64,000 nucleotides of DNA from a virus, in the IMG/VR virus record IMGVR_UViG_3300033149_003715, positions 80,174-144,173 of that record; one strand, given 5' to 3'. This document shows, piece by piece, positions 39,451 to 48,922 of this stretch (the first letter of the stretch is position 1; each line of letters starts with the position of its first letter). The notes below the pieces were generated by a model. It did no database searches, had not been told where the DNA came from, and worked only from the letters and a program-made list of their open reading frames with translations. The position numbers and the translations under genes were made by a program.

Positions 39451-40167
39451 TTATTTTTTTGGTTGAGTACCGTGTTTCAATAAAGCAAAATCCCCCATTT
39501 CCGGAGAATAAATTGCATGACAATCATTATAATCTACAGGAAGCTTTAATTTATGTGCTTCTATAACATTGTTGACAATTTTAACAGATGAAAAATACCT
39601 GTAATGGATATCGTTTTGTAATAACCATATTAAATGATCATGTGTACCTCCGTATGATAATACCAGTCTAAGATTATTTGGTAATTTGCCTTGTTTATTG
39701 ATGTAGTTGACTATGTATGGAAATGCTTTTGTATATCCGTAAAAAATGACATTCTTATGGTTTTTCACAAAGGAAACGAAACCATTAAAGTATGTTTGAC
39801 TAAAGAAATCGCCGCTTACATGCATACGACATATACCACAATCAGAAGGAAAAGAAGACTCGAAAAGAGTTGTGATTTGTTTTGCTGATTTGCATTGTCG
39901 TAATTTTTTATAGTTTTGATGTCGTTGTTTCCTTACGTTTTGGTACATCAGTTCCTGTTGTGTTGCATAACACCTTATTTTAGTGTAACGACCATCTTTA
40001 ATTTTTACACAATTGTCATTTGTTGTTACAACGCATGAACGACATATTTTAGCAAACCTACATGAATAACCAGCCGGCAAAGATAACGAGTAAATTTTCT
40101 TTTGTTGTAGTTTTTCGGTTTTTACTAATTTTTTATTATTAATACCTTGGCCAAATTTCAACATCAT
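39451..40167 (-). CDS. GP88-like phage protein
   Basis: SLPAGYSC..A..C, CYA, RMHVSGDFFS, FYGYTK, PNNL...SYGG. Confidence 0.75.
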   Translation of the reverse strand: MMLKFGQGINNKKLVKTEKLQQKKIYSLSLPAGYSCRFAKICRSCVVTTNDNCVKIKDGRYTKIRCYATQQELMYQNVRKQRHQNYKKLRQCKSAKQITTLFESSFPSDCGICRMHVSGDFFSQTYFNGFVSFVKNHKNVIFYGYTKAFPYIVNYINKQGKLPNNLRLVLSYGGTHDHLIWLLQNDIHYRYFSSVKIVNNVIEAHKLKLPVDYNDCHAIYSPEMGDFALLKHGTQPKK

Positions 40168-40192
40168 ATCATTACTTGTATGTTTCTTGTAA

Positions 40193-40624
40193 TTACTTTA
40201 AATTTTTCAATAATTGTGACGCCGAACATAATTTTTCGATTAATTTTACTTTTTTGACAGCAATAGTACCAGCAGGGATTAACGTACCACGCAAACTCCT
40301 TCTTTTTTGTTTCTTTAATTTTATATTATATTGAAGTGTTGATAAACTTCCAAATAATGGAATTACTTTCATGTAGCCTTTCATGTACGCTATATATACA
40401 TCCATAAACTGTAAATATTTATTATTCTTATAATTCTCATAATAAGTTCGAAGAAATTCACATGTATTTCGTAAATTATCAAAAACAAACAACGCTGAAT
40501 GTTTAAGTTTTGGTTCAATCCATTTTCCAATTTTGTATTGTATGCCGATGTCAGTAAAATCATTATTGAATATGGTAGAAAGTGATTTCAAATCTTTCGT
40601 AACAATTTTGTAACATATTTCCAT
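40193..40624 (-). CDS. family A paralog
   Basis: Shared motif set. Confidence 0.8.
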   Translation of the reverse strand: MEICYKIVTKDLKSLSTIFNNDFTDIGIQYKIGKWIEPKLKHSALFVFDNLRNTCEFLRTYYENYKNNKYLQFMDVYIAYMKGYMKVIPLFGSLSTLQYNIKLKKQKRRSLRGTLIPAGTIAVKKVKLIEKLCSASQLLKNLK

Positions 40625-40638
40625 TTTTATCTTTCCTG

Positions 40639-41118
40639 TTAGAATGGCCTAAAACACCATAAAGCACAACTATATACACAACAATTTTTTACTTCTTTTT
40701 TAACATACCCCGAACAATCTAAGCATTTTAATTCAACAGCAGATTTTAAACTGCCTTTTTTGACTTTGTTGACCCTATTGTGCAGATTTTGTGGTGTGAC
40801 TTCTTTTAATTTTTTAAGAGATTCTAAATACTCAGAACTTTGAAATTTCTGCGTTTTAGACATTCTTTTTTGAGAATATGATGTAACTTTACGTGCTGGT
40901 TGTGTTTTTGTTTGAATATTCCACTCTCTCATTCTCAAATAAACAATAGATGGTGTAATTTCTGGTAGGTTTTGTAATGTTCTATCTGTACTACAGTTAT
41001 AAATCTCACTCACTTTTGTACATAAATTTCTCAATGTTGAAAATATTTCTTTTTGTTCGGCTTGTTCAACGGCCGTATTTAATGCTTTTTGACTAACCTT
41101 TATTTTAGTTTTTGCCAT
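40639..41118 (-). CDS. hypothetical protein with C-terminal Cys cluster
   Basis: KCLDCSG...V..C....CALW.FRP. Confidence 0.7.
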   Translation of the reverse strand: MAKTKIKVSQKALNTAVEQAEQKEIFSTLRNLCTKVSEIYNCSTDRTLQNLPEITPSIVYLRMREWNIQTKTQPARKVTSYSQKRMSKTQKFQSSEYLESLKKLKEVTPQNLHNRVNKVKKGSLKSAVELKCLDCSGYVKKEVKNCCVYSCALWCFRPF

Positions 41119-41130
41119 TAAAATAATCCT

Positions 41131-42546
41131 TTACTGTAGACTTCTTTGTCTGATTGTATCGAATTTTTGAGTGACTAATAATCGTCCATTACGATATACC
41201 TCCACTAATTTATTTATGTGCTGGGGTAGATAGTCATAATTTACTGTCTTAAAACATTTTTCGTCGTCCGCATAAATAAGCCTCAATCGTCCCTTTTTTG
41301 ATTGTTTATTTTTGTCTTTAGGTCGTTTAGATATATCATGCCATGTATTACATCTTTTTTGTGCTGAACATTTGAAGGCGAAAGCTTGGGTGTCTCTGTT
41401 AATTTTTTGTAGTAATCCGCCACCCATACCAAATACTAGGCTTTCTACTGAGAATTTGTTTTCTACAACGATTTTACATATTTCTGTGATAGTATTTACA
41501 CTCAAACCATCTCCCCATAACACACCTACAACTGGATTTATTACAGTATACCCTTTGGAATTAACATGATATCCAAACGTATTTGCCAATTGTTTTAATA
41601 TCCAGACTATTTGCTTACCTGGATGTTTGTGTTGTTGTGTTATACTATCTGGTCTAATAACCACTTTAGCTATACCAGATTTGTTTGCTTTTCTGTTAAT
41701 TATTTGCTGTTTGAATTTGGGTATAATGTTTTCCACAAAGTTATAAATATCATACGAATCCGCGACTATACTTAGAATTCCATTCGGGTATTTTTGGAGC
41801 AATTCGTTAACTAACGTTACTTCTCCTTGATGATCGTATGATGTCATTATTGAGTGTTCGGTTGCGGGGACACTAAAACCTAATGTTTTTGGATCAGCTT
41901 GGTAATATTCTATACCTTCTAATAGGGCTGGAACTGTATCGGTTCCTTTGAAATTAATTAAGTGTGCTAATCCACCTAAACTTGCAGATTCATTAGAGCT
42001 TACACCACGATAACCAAAATCGTGAAGCATAAAATCTAAACACTGTGTTTGTTCTGACGATATATTAAGATATTCAGCCAGTGTTCTTTTAGTGTAATAA
42101 CTAATAGTAGCTACAGTTGATGGATACCATACATGTGTTAGCAAAGATTCCACAAAATTAGTTAACCAATAACATTTTGGATCTGTATTTTCCACTGTCA
42201 TCATTACATTATTAATATCAACTGGCGTACCTTCTGGCACTGCCTTGATTGATAGTGGTAAATACCCATTGTGCTTTTTAACTATATGCAACCAGCCATC
42301 TTCGTTGAATAAATTTTGTCCAAAATGATTTTGGATAATTGTTTTGGCCACTGTAATTTTTTCTCGCGTGACTCTCCTTCCTACCATATTTTTAAGTAAA
42401 ATAGATTGTAAACCAAAAAAAACAGTTTTTGGATATTTTGCCCATTTTCTACATTCTAAGTAGGAATAAATTGTCCGTGTGTTTTTTGGGTACATTTTGT
42501 AATGAGCAAATTTGTAACTATCCGATAATAAACAGATATTATCCAT
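41131..42546 (-). CDS. nicotinamide phosphoribosyltransferase-like enzyme (NAMPT/NadV or Namat-like)
   Basis: DSYK..H..MYP, FFGLQ, AVPEGT, WYPSTVAT, LHDFGYRG, GTDT, SVPATEHS, SIVADSYD, VIRPDSI, WGDG, FGMGGGLLQ..NRD. Confidence 0.93.
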   Translation of the reverse strand: MDNICLLSDSYKFAHYKMYPKNTRTIYSYLECRKWAKYPKTVFFGLQSILLKNMVGRRVTREKITVAKTIIQNHFGQNLFNEDGWLHIVKKHNGYLPLSIKAVPEGTPVDINNVMMTVENTDPKCYWLTNFVESLLTHVWYPSTVATISYYTKRTLAEYLNISSEQTQCLDFMLHDFGYRGVSSNESASLGGLAHLINFKGTDTVPALLEGIEYYQADPKTLGFSVPATEHSIMTSYDHQGEVTLVNELLQKYPNGILSIVADSYDIYNFVENIIPKFKQQIINRKANKSGIAKVVIRPDSITQQHKHPGKQIVWILKQLANTFGYHVNSKGYTVINPVVGVLWGDGLSVNTITEICKIVVENKFSVESLVFGMGGGLLQKINRDTQAFAFKCSAQKRCNTWHDISKRPKDKNKQSKKGRLRLIYADDEKCFKTVNYDYLPQHINKLVEVYRNGRLLVTQKFDTIRQRSLQ

Positions 42547-42596
42547 TTGTTATCTCCATCAGTTCAATCTGATTAGACATTATACTATCCTTTTTG

Positions 42597-42803
42597 TCAA
42601 TTTAACGCCCTAACAAAAGACAGTGTTTTGTGGATATTTTTCACATAAGTATCTATATTTCTTTTTTGTAACTTTAACTTTCCTATTTTCTTTAAAAGTT
42701 GTAATTGTAATGTTTGAATTCCCTGAATAAAAACACCGAAGCGTGCTGGATTTAATACTTGACATTCATATATTCGATAGTTATGTGGTTTATGGTAATT
42801 CAT
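42597..42803 (-). pseudogene. family A fragment
   Basis: Retains IYECQV.NP; N-terminal core deleted; C-terminus frameshifted. Confidence 0.65.
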
Positions 42804-43100
42804 TTATTTCTCGTGTAAGTTTTACGGCATCTACCAGATATGTACCCTTTGGAGCAAATATTCTTGGTGGGTACATTTTTTGTTCATACTGTGTTAATGC
42901 CCAGAAATCTTCTAAAAATAGATTACGACTACAAATAATATGGGCTTTGTGTGGGTTTTTAACCTCACACTCAAAAAGACGATATTGTGTAGAAATAGTA
43001 TTTTGACTTTGCTGAAGTAGTCTAGCTGGTTTTATGTCATTAAACACGAAAAGCTTTGAGTATTTGAGAGTTGGTTTAACCCACTTATTTATTATATTTT
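42790..43100 (-). pseudogene. family A, 5'-truncated copy closely related to 47404..47787
   Basis: LLQQSQN.ISTQYRLFECEVKNP shared; YKV start segment missing. Confidence 0.7.
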
Positions 43101-43127
43101 AACAAAAAATTGTACCTTCGTTTGATT

Positions 43128-43490
43128 TTATAAAATTTCTCTAATTAATTTAACCTTACTTGTAGTATATGTACCTGGGTAAATTATTGTTGAACAAGGT
43201 CTTTTTTTATGTTGTTTTACTGATTTCCAAAATTTTTCAAATGCTTTTTCTGTGTAACATGCATATTTTATCCGGGCGGGATCTTTTACTTCACATTCAA
43301 AAATACGTTCTTCACCAATTCTGTAACAACGAGCAGTTCTTAAATCACAAAATACAAATAATTTTGAGTGCTTTAGTTTAGGTTTGATCCACTTATTTAT
43401 GACATACTGTATCCTAAATTTATCATTACAGGTATTTGAAGATCCAAGATCTTTACTAACAACTTTATAAAATTTTTTGTTTTTGGACAT
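43128..43490 (-). CDS. family A paralog
   Basis: Shared motif set. Confidence 0.8.
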   Translation of the reverse strand: MSKNKKFYKVVSKDLGSSNTCNDKFRIQYVINKWIKPKLKHSKLFVFCDLRTARCYRIGEERIFECEVKDPARIKYACYTEKAFEKFWKSVKQHKKRPCSTIIYPGTYTTSKVKLIREIL

Positions 43491-43494
43491 TGAA

Positions 43495-44379
43495 TTACTT
43501 CTGTGTAAGTTGTTGTGTTAATTTTTGGAAATATTTTTTAAATATAATTGCCGTTTGACGATTTATTTCTTTTTCTACAGGCTTAGACCAAGCAATTTCA
43601 CCTCTTGCTTCTCGTTTAATGTCTTCGCACATACTGATTAGAATTTCCCTCATATTTTCAATACTTGGCGGCTGCTGGTTTTTTGAATGAATTTTATCTA
43701 AAACGTGTTTTAATCTGTTTATTGTGACCCATTCTGTTGCTATATCTTGAGCTTGTTTAAGAACTTCTAATTTTTTAGGATCTTTAATTTGCCGTTTCTT
43801 TTTTGTTTCTCGGAAGTCGTCATTTTTATACTTTGCAATTACTCGTTCATTATTATTTTTCCTTAATTCAATAAGAGGGCGAATAACAATTCCTTCTCGG
43901 GTTTGATTGTGGTTACCTGCCCATTCTGCTACAACAGATGGTTTATCTCGTTCTTCTGTAAGAATATCTAAATCAGTAGAACATTTTATATATGGGACAA
44001 ATGTAAGCCCACATCTTTTTACTATTTTTTCGGCTGTAGGAACATCTAACCAGCAATCACCTATTTTTACATCAAAGGCAATAAATTTTAGGTTACTACC
44101 ATACTTTTTTGATTGACCTTGTACTTTTCCACCATATCCTTCGCCGTAGATTATAATATCATCTACTTTAGGTAAATTAGCTAAAATTTCTTCTTGGTTG
44201 AATAAATTGGTGAAGTTTTCGTGTTTAATACAGCCAGAGAAAAATGATAACTGTGGTTGTCTTGTTACTTTATACTTTATATGTGTGCTTGTACCATCCA
44301 CCTTCTCCAGAGCGTACACTTCCTTAAATAGTAAAACTTCTTGAGCTTTATATAAATTATTTATATGTAAGTAACCCAT
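43495..44379 (-). CDS. ATP-dependent RNA ligase (Rnl2-like)
   Basis: Motif I EKVDGT, YGEGYG, FIAFDV, REGIVIRP, IAKYK; start at MGYLH. Confidence 0.85.
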   Translation of the reverse strand: MGYLHINNLYKAQEVLLFKEVYALEKVDGTSTHIKYKVTRQPQLSFFSGCIKHENFTNLFNQEEILANLPKVDDIIIYGEGYGGKVQGQSKKYGSNLKFIAFDVKIGDCWLDVPTAEKIVKRCGLTFVPYIKCSTDLDILTEERDKPSVVAEWAGNHNQTREGIVIRPLIELRKNNNERVIAKYKNDDFRETKKKRQIKDPKKLEVLKQAQDIATEWVTINRLKHVLDKIHSKNQQPPSIENMREILISMCEDIKREARGEIAWSKPVEKEINRQTAIIFKKYFQKLTQQLTQK

Positions 44380-44555
44380 TACTGTTTCCTCAAAAGACTT
44401 TTTGGAAATTTCCAATAATACTCACATTTTTTGGTTGATTTGTCATATGGTGGTGCAATAAAATATGATTGGTATTTACTTGGTTTAATTAAATATCGAA
44501 GACAACTTTCTTTGTGTGGACAATCTTTTCCATAACACATGGTAATATCAGGCAT
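44379..44555 (-). CDS. small Cys-rich phage protein
   Basis: Hand translation MPDITMCYGKDCPHKESCLRY...CEYYW (58 aa). Confidence 0.7.
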   Translation of the reverse strand: MPDITMCYGKDCPHKESCLRYLIKPSKYQSYFIAPPYDKSTKKCEYYWKFPKSLLRKQ

Positions 44556-44973
44556 CTGTTTGTACCTCCATTTGATTACAAAAAATAATTTTAGTAAGTT
44601 TTACTGCTGAACAAAAAATTGTACCACTCGGTGGAAACGCACATTTATCTAAAAACCTTTTGTTACATTTTTTTAGACGTAAAATATCTTTTAACCCTTC
44701 AAGATTTACGAAAATCAAGAAAATACCATACTTTTTTGGATGTTTTGCTTGACATTCGCAAATAACAAATTCTTTAATATCATTATTAATTATAAAATGG
44801 TATACTTTTTTCAAATCATCAAAAACCATTAAATCTGAGTCTTCAAATCCTGGGTTGGGGTATGTCCATTGATTCATATTATATTGGACTACTAATGGTT
44901 TTAGTTTTACATTTGGCGAATTAACACAAATTGATTCAAGTGTTGGTGTTAAAATCTTGTAATACTTTTTCAT
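44548..44973 (-). CDS. family A paralog
   Basis: Shared motif set (YPNPGFE subgroup). Confidence 0.85.
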   Translation of the reverse strand: MKKYYKILTPTLESICVNSPNVKLKPLVVQYNMNQWTYPNPGFEDSDLMVFDDLKKVYHFIINNDIKEFVICECQAKHPKKYGIFLIFVNLEGLKDILRLKKCNKRFLDKCAFPPSGTIFCSAVKLTKIIFCNQMEVQTDA

Positions 44974-45013
44974 TTAATTGCTCCTGATTTTTTAACAATT
45001 TTGGTTAAGTGAT

Positions 45014-45187
45014 TTAGTTCCATATTCTTTTTAAGCGATATCCGCAATGTAAACAAAAATGTGCCCACCAGGATTGTTTTGTGCATTTATAACAGTAATA
45101 TGCTCCACAATTTTTACACAAAAAGAAACAGTGTAAAATACCTCGACATATACGTCCGCAATTAACACAACAAACTTTGGCAAACAT
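45014..45187 (-). CDS. 57-aa multi-CxxC zinc-finger protein
   Basis: MFAKVCCVNCGRICRGILHCFFLCKNCGAYYCYKCTKQSWWAHFCLHCGYRLKRIWN with AAGGA RBS. Confidence 0.65.
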   Translation of the reverse strand: MFAKVCCVNCGRICRGILHCFFLCKNCGAYYCYKCTKQSWWAHFCLHCGYRLKRIWN

Positions 45188-45231
45188 GGTTTTGTCCTTT
45201 TAATATGGTATATTGGACGACTAATTTTTCT

Positions 45232-45651
45232 TTATTCTATGGTTCTACATTGAATAATTTTTGTAAGTCTTACCGCTGAACAAAAAATTGTACCTCGTGG
45301 TGGATATGTTTTTGTTAAGAACTTTTTCTTATTTTTCTTTTTACGTAAAATAACATTTAGTTCTGATATTAACATTAAGTGTAAGAAGATACCTATTTTT
45401 CGTGGATTTTTGACCTTACATTCACAAACTGCATATTTTTGAAGATTATTAAAAGTTACAAATCCATGTACACTATCTAAGTCATCAAAAACCATTAGAT
45501 TTGAGCCTTCAAATCCTGGATTTGGATACACCCATTGATTAATATGGTATTGAACAGCCAGTTTATCTTTTTCTTTATTATTCAACCATGTTGTACTGAT
45601 TGACTTGAGATCTGGCGTGAGAACTTTGTAGTATTTTTTCATTTTAAGCAA
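45232..45651 (-). CDS. family A paralog
   Basis: Shared motif set (YPNPGFE subgroup). Confidence 0.85.
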   Translation of the reverse strand: MLKMKKYYKVLTPDLKSISTTWLNNKEKDKLAVQYHINQWVYPNPGFEGSNLMVFDDLDSVHGFVTFNNLQKYAVCECKVKNPRKIGIFLHLMLISELNVILRKKKNKKKFLTKTYPPRGTIFCSAVRLTKIIQCRTIE

Positions 45652-45664
45652 TCTATTTTTGTTG

Positions 45665-46147
45665 TTAGTTTACATTTTGTAGACGATTCATAGCAGATGT
45701 TAGATCACCTTGGAGTAATTCCCAGCCTGTTGTACCTATTGCATTAACGGGTCTATCCATGTAAAAACCAAATAGACTTTCAACAAACTGTGCTTTTTGT
45801 TTTACTTCTTTTAACAATTTTTTGTAATTTGAACCACGTTTTGTAATGACTGGTACAGAAATACCATAAGCATACAATGCGTAAACCAATTGTTTATCAT
45901 CTATGATTGTTTTAAATCCACAACAATTTTTAGCTGCTTCAATGTTTTCTTTTCTGGCTTGTTCCGGACTAACCACAGATAAAGTTACTAGATATTGTGG
46001 CTGATCTTCATCAACCGCATCCCACCAATTGATGAGTTCTAGCATAAAATAGTAATTGAATTCGCCATTGTTTAGTTTTTGAGAAATCCATGTACCGCCG
46101 TATTGTCGGTAGTTTACGTCGCCTGATAACCAAAAAAATCTAATCAT
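45665..46147 (-). CDS. family C paralog (WISQKL.NGEFNYYF)
   Basis: Homologous to 53999, 54429 and 54937. Confidence 0.8.
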   Translation of the reverse strand: MIRFFWLSGDVNYRQYGGTWISQKLNNGEFNYYFMLELINWWDAVDEDQPQYLVTLSVVSPEQARKENIEAAKNCCGFKTIIDDKQLVYALYAYGISVPVITKRGSNYKKLLKEVKQKAQFVESLFGFYMDRPVNAIGTTGWELLQGDLTSAMNRLQNVN

Positions 46148-46281
46148 AATTAACCTTTCTGTGTGACAATTAGAATGAAAAAACTACACCAACACAAAAG
46201 AAGTACAATTAGAAAAAACCACCCGGGTAGTTTAGTTCTAACATACTTGCGACTAATAAAGTTTTTTATTTTCATTTGATC

Positions 46282-46791
46282 TCATCCTAAATCGTAAACG
46301 GTCCATACGATATTTGTATCACCAAATGCGAATTCGATACATTCTTGAATATTTTCCCATTTACCTCCAGCTAAACCGCAACCAAATCTTGGACTATGTA
46401 GAGATACTTGATGTTGTATTTTGGTAGTATTTAAATGTAAACGTAAACGGATTAATCCTTCTTTGATTGCTTCATATCTAATAGGAGGAATTATAATTCT
46501 GTTAAATCGAAGTGGTTTGATATTTTTTTGTCCTATTAAATTGCATACGAATTGCGTTAGTGTTGGTGATTTGTGTACTTGTATAAGTTGTATATCTCCT
46601 AGCTTTTGACGATCTATGTTGGCTTGATATGTTAATTTAGTTTGTGGCCATTTTTTAGCCAAAGGAATTACAAAACCTGCACCCCATGCTCCAATATCAT
46701 TACAACAGTGTACAATAATTTGTTGTTCGTATCCGTTGGGGTAAACACGGATTGGGTTTGTTGCATCACCTTTAACGGTTTGTAGTTTCAT
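46282..46791 (-). CDS. macrodomain (ADP-ribose processing) protein
   Basis: VKGDAT, HCCNDIGAWGAGF...LAKKWP, PRFGCGLAGGKW. Confidence 0.9.
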   Translation of the reverse strand: MKLQTVKGDATNPIRVYPNGYEQQIIVHCCNDIGAWGAGFVIPLAKKWPQTKLTYQANIDRQKLGDIQLIQVHKSPTLTQFVCNLIGQKNIKPLRFNRIIIPPIRYEAIKEGLIRLRLHLNTTKIQHQVSLHSPRFGCGLAGGKWENIQECIEFAFGDTNIVWTVYDLG

Positions 46792-46958
46792 TTTTGGTAT
46801 CCTTGAGTGTGAAGTTTATAAACTTTACCTAGTTTACGTCGAAATTTTGAGGCTTGTCTTGGTGTTGGTTTTACGTTTGCCAATTCACATAATTTGATAA
46901 ATCTTTCTTGTTTGGCATATTCTTTGTTACTTAGGTCAATGTGCAATTGATTCATCAT
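46788..46958 (-). CDS. small phage protein
   Basis: Hand translation ...FIKLCELANVKPTPRQASKFRRKLGKVY (56 aa). Confidence 0.65.
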   Translation of the reverse strand: MMNQLHIDLSNKEYAKQERFIKLCELANVKPTPRQASKFRRKLGKVYKLHTQGYQK

Positions 46959-46968
46959 TAGGTTCCTA

Positions 46969-47259
46969 TTAGGAGTTGTCTAAAATTTTGATTGGTTCGT
47001 CTTCTGTTGGAATATGTTGCTTTGTTTTTTTGCACCAATCCAAATATTCAGCATCTGGATTTTCTAAACGATAAATAGAACCGCTTTTCGTGTAAATAAC
47101 ATTTCCTTTCACTTTGGTAACTGTCGATGTTTGTATGAAACTGCCATTGTTAAATTCTGGGTGATTGTAAACATTACCTTTTAAGTAAATTTTATGACAT
47201 TCTGGTGGAGTATACGGATTACTATCACTAAAAACCGCCCAATTTTTTAGTACAAACAT
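46969..47259 (-). CDS. conserved phage hypothetical protein
   Basis: NW....PY.PPE....L.G.VY.HP.F..G..I.TS....T.SGS.Y.L; start at MFVLK. Confidence 0.7.
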   Translation of the reverse strand: MFVLKNWAVFSDSNPYTPPECHKIYLKGNVYNHPEFNNGSFIQTSTVTKVKGNVIYTKSGSIYRLENPDAEYLDWCKKTKQHIPTEDEPIKILDNS

Positions 47260-47298
47260 AAGAATTCTCCCTATTTTTAGAGGAAAAGAAAAATAGAT

Positions 47299-47387
47299 TG
47301 GACTACGGGGAATCGAACCCCACGGAGTTACCATCCGCAATTATTTATACTCCCACAAGTTTATAAGACTTGCTGCGGCTATAGTCC
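47299..47387 (-). ncRNA. atypical tRNA-like RNA with UAU (Ile) anticodon and no canonical D arm
   Basis: GGACTA/TAGTCC acceptor, CAAGT-CTTATAA-ACTTG anticodon arm, TGGGG-TTCGATT-CCCCG T arm, long extra arm. Confidence 0.7.
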
Positions 47388-47403
47388 AAGTTTGCTGTTT
47401 GGG

Positions 47404-47787
47404 TTAAGTAATTTCTCGTGTAAGTTTTACGGCATCTACCTGATATGTACCTTTTGGAGTAGGCATCCTTGTTAGGGGCATTTTTTGCTTTTGGTGTCTT
47501 GATGTCCAGAAATCTTCCAAAAATAGATTGCAACTACAAACAACAAGTGCTTTGCGTGGGTTTTTAACTTCACACTCGAAAAGACGATATTGTGTAGAAA
47601 TAATATTTTGACTTTGCTGAAGTAGTTTAATTTGTTTTATATCATTAAACACGAAAAGTTTTGAGTATTTAAGAACTGGTTTAACCCACTTATTTATTAT
47701 ATATTGTACGCAAAATCTATTCCCAGTATTATTAATAGATTTAAGTTGTAAGTCAGTAACTTTATAAAATTTTTTCATTATTACCAT
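47404..47787 (-). CDS. family A paralog
   Basis: Shared motif set (KYSKLFVF subgroup). Confidence 0.85.
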   Translation of the reverse strand: MVIMKKFYKVTDLQLKSINNTGNRFCVQYIINKWVKPVLKYSKLFVFNDIKQIKLLQQSQNIISTQYRLFECEVKNPRKALVVCSCNLFLEDFWTSRHQKQKMPLTRMPTPKGTYQVDAVKLTREIT

Positions 47788-48200
47788 TTTTCTATTTCTT
47801 GTACAAGCTTGATTTCATCTACTTGATACGTGTTTTTAGGAGCAGGAATTCTTGTCGCAGGCATCTTTTGTTTATGATGTCTTGATATCCAAAACTCTTT
47901 GAAAAGATGTGTAGCATTGCATATAACAAGTAATTTACGCGGGTTTTTAACTTCACATTCAAAAATTCGCATTTCTTTGTATCCGTAAAAGAGTTTGGCA
48001 GAAAGGTTTTTAGGAAAAAATGTTTCGCAGAAGGACGCAAATGTTATAGCGGATTTTAAATTATTAAAAACGAATAACTTTGAGTATTTAAGAACTGGTT
48101 TAACCCATTCATTCATTATATATTGTACGTAAAATTCGTTACATTGATTATCAGCGGATCTTAATAGCGAGTCAGTAACTTTGTAAAATTTTTGAGTCAT
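47781..48200 (-). CDS. family A paralog
   Basis: Shared motif set (KYSKLFVF subgroup). Confidence 0.85.
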   Translation of the reverse strand: MTQKFYKVTDSLLRSADNQCNEFYVQYIMNEWVKPVLKYSKLFVFNNLKSAITFASFCETFFPKNLSAKLFYGYKEMRIFECEVKNPRKLLVICNATHLFKEFWISRHHKQKMPATRIPAPKNTYQVDEIKLVQEIEKW

Positions 48201-48306
48201 TTTTTATTCTTTCTGTACTCGTTTGCGATTTTTTCTCCAAAATACCAAATTATGTAAAAAGTGATCAAGGATATAGTGTATTCCAAAAACCCCTCAGTTG
48301 TATTAA

Positions 48307-48528
48307 TCATTTTTCACCCCTTTCGTAGTCTTGTAATTTATAGTGATATTTTCTTTTGTAGACTTCTGCGTATTTATCACTATTTTGACTAAACTGAGAA
48401 GGAAGATTAACTAATAAGTGATGTTTTAATATCGTAAGAGTTTTTTGGGGTATTTCGCTTCCAGTGTGTGAATTCCAATATTCTTGGATTAGAAGTACAA
48501 GTCCACAAATTATATCTTTGCGTTTCAT
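48307..48528 (-). CDS. hypothetical protein
   Basis: 73-aa ORF. Confidence 0.5.
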   Translation of the reverse strand: MKRKDIICGLVLLIQEYWNSHTGSEIPQKTLTILKHHLLVNLPSQFSQNSDKYAEVYKRKYHYKLQDYERGEK

Positions 48529-48665
48529 TATGTTTTACTTATAAAGTAGCAAGCTGTTAAGATAATAATTGCCCAGCTAAAAAGTATTAAGGTACAACAT
48601 AATGCACTAGTCATGTTTATTTTCCTTTTTAAATTTTGTGAAAATTGTAATTTTTTTATTGTCTT

Positions 48666-48911
48666 TTAGTCTATTACTATTTTAGTTTCTTCTTCGGCAT
48701 GATCGTATTCTTTTACAATACTTCTTTCGTATACTCCAGGGGGAAGTTCAATTGGATGATGTTCTTCATGTTCTATTTTAACTTTTTTAGAAGATTCCAA
48801 AATCAAAGAAGTATCTTCTTTTTCAAGTAAACGAAAACCGTCTCCAATTACTTTGTGGGTATGCCCTGTTGCTTCTCCTTCTGCTAATTTGTTGGTCTTT
48901 AATTCTTTCAT
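48666..48911 (-). CDS. His-rich partner of DUF6745-like protein
   Basis: LAEGEATGHTH...HEEH..I.LPPG.Y....EYD. Confidence 0.8.
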   Translation of the reverse strand: MKELKTNKLAEGEATGHTHKVIGDGFRLLEKEDTSLILESSKKVKIEHEEHHPIELPPGVYERSIVKEYDHAEEETKIVID

Positions 48912-48922
48912 ATTTTTCTCCT

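Noticed and set aside
42579-42600. TTGACA...TATAAT upstream of the NAMPT-like gene
   Set aside because: Spacer is only 10 nt, incompatible with sigma70 geometry (may be a deletion relic).
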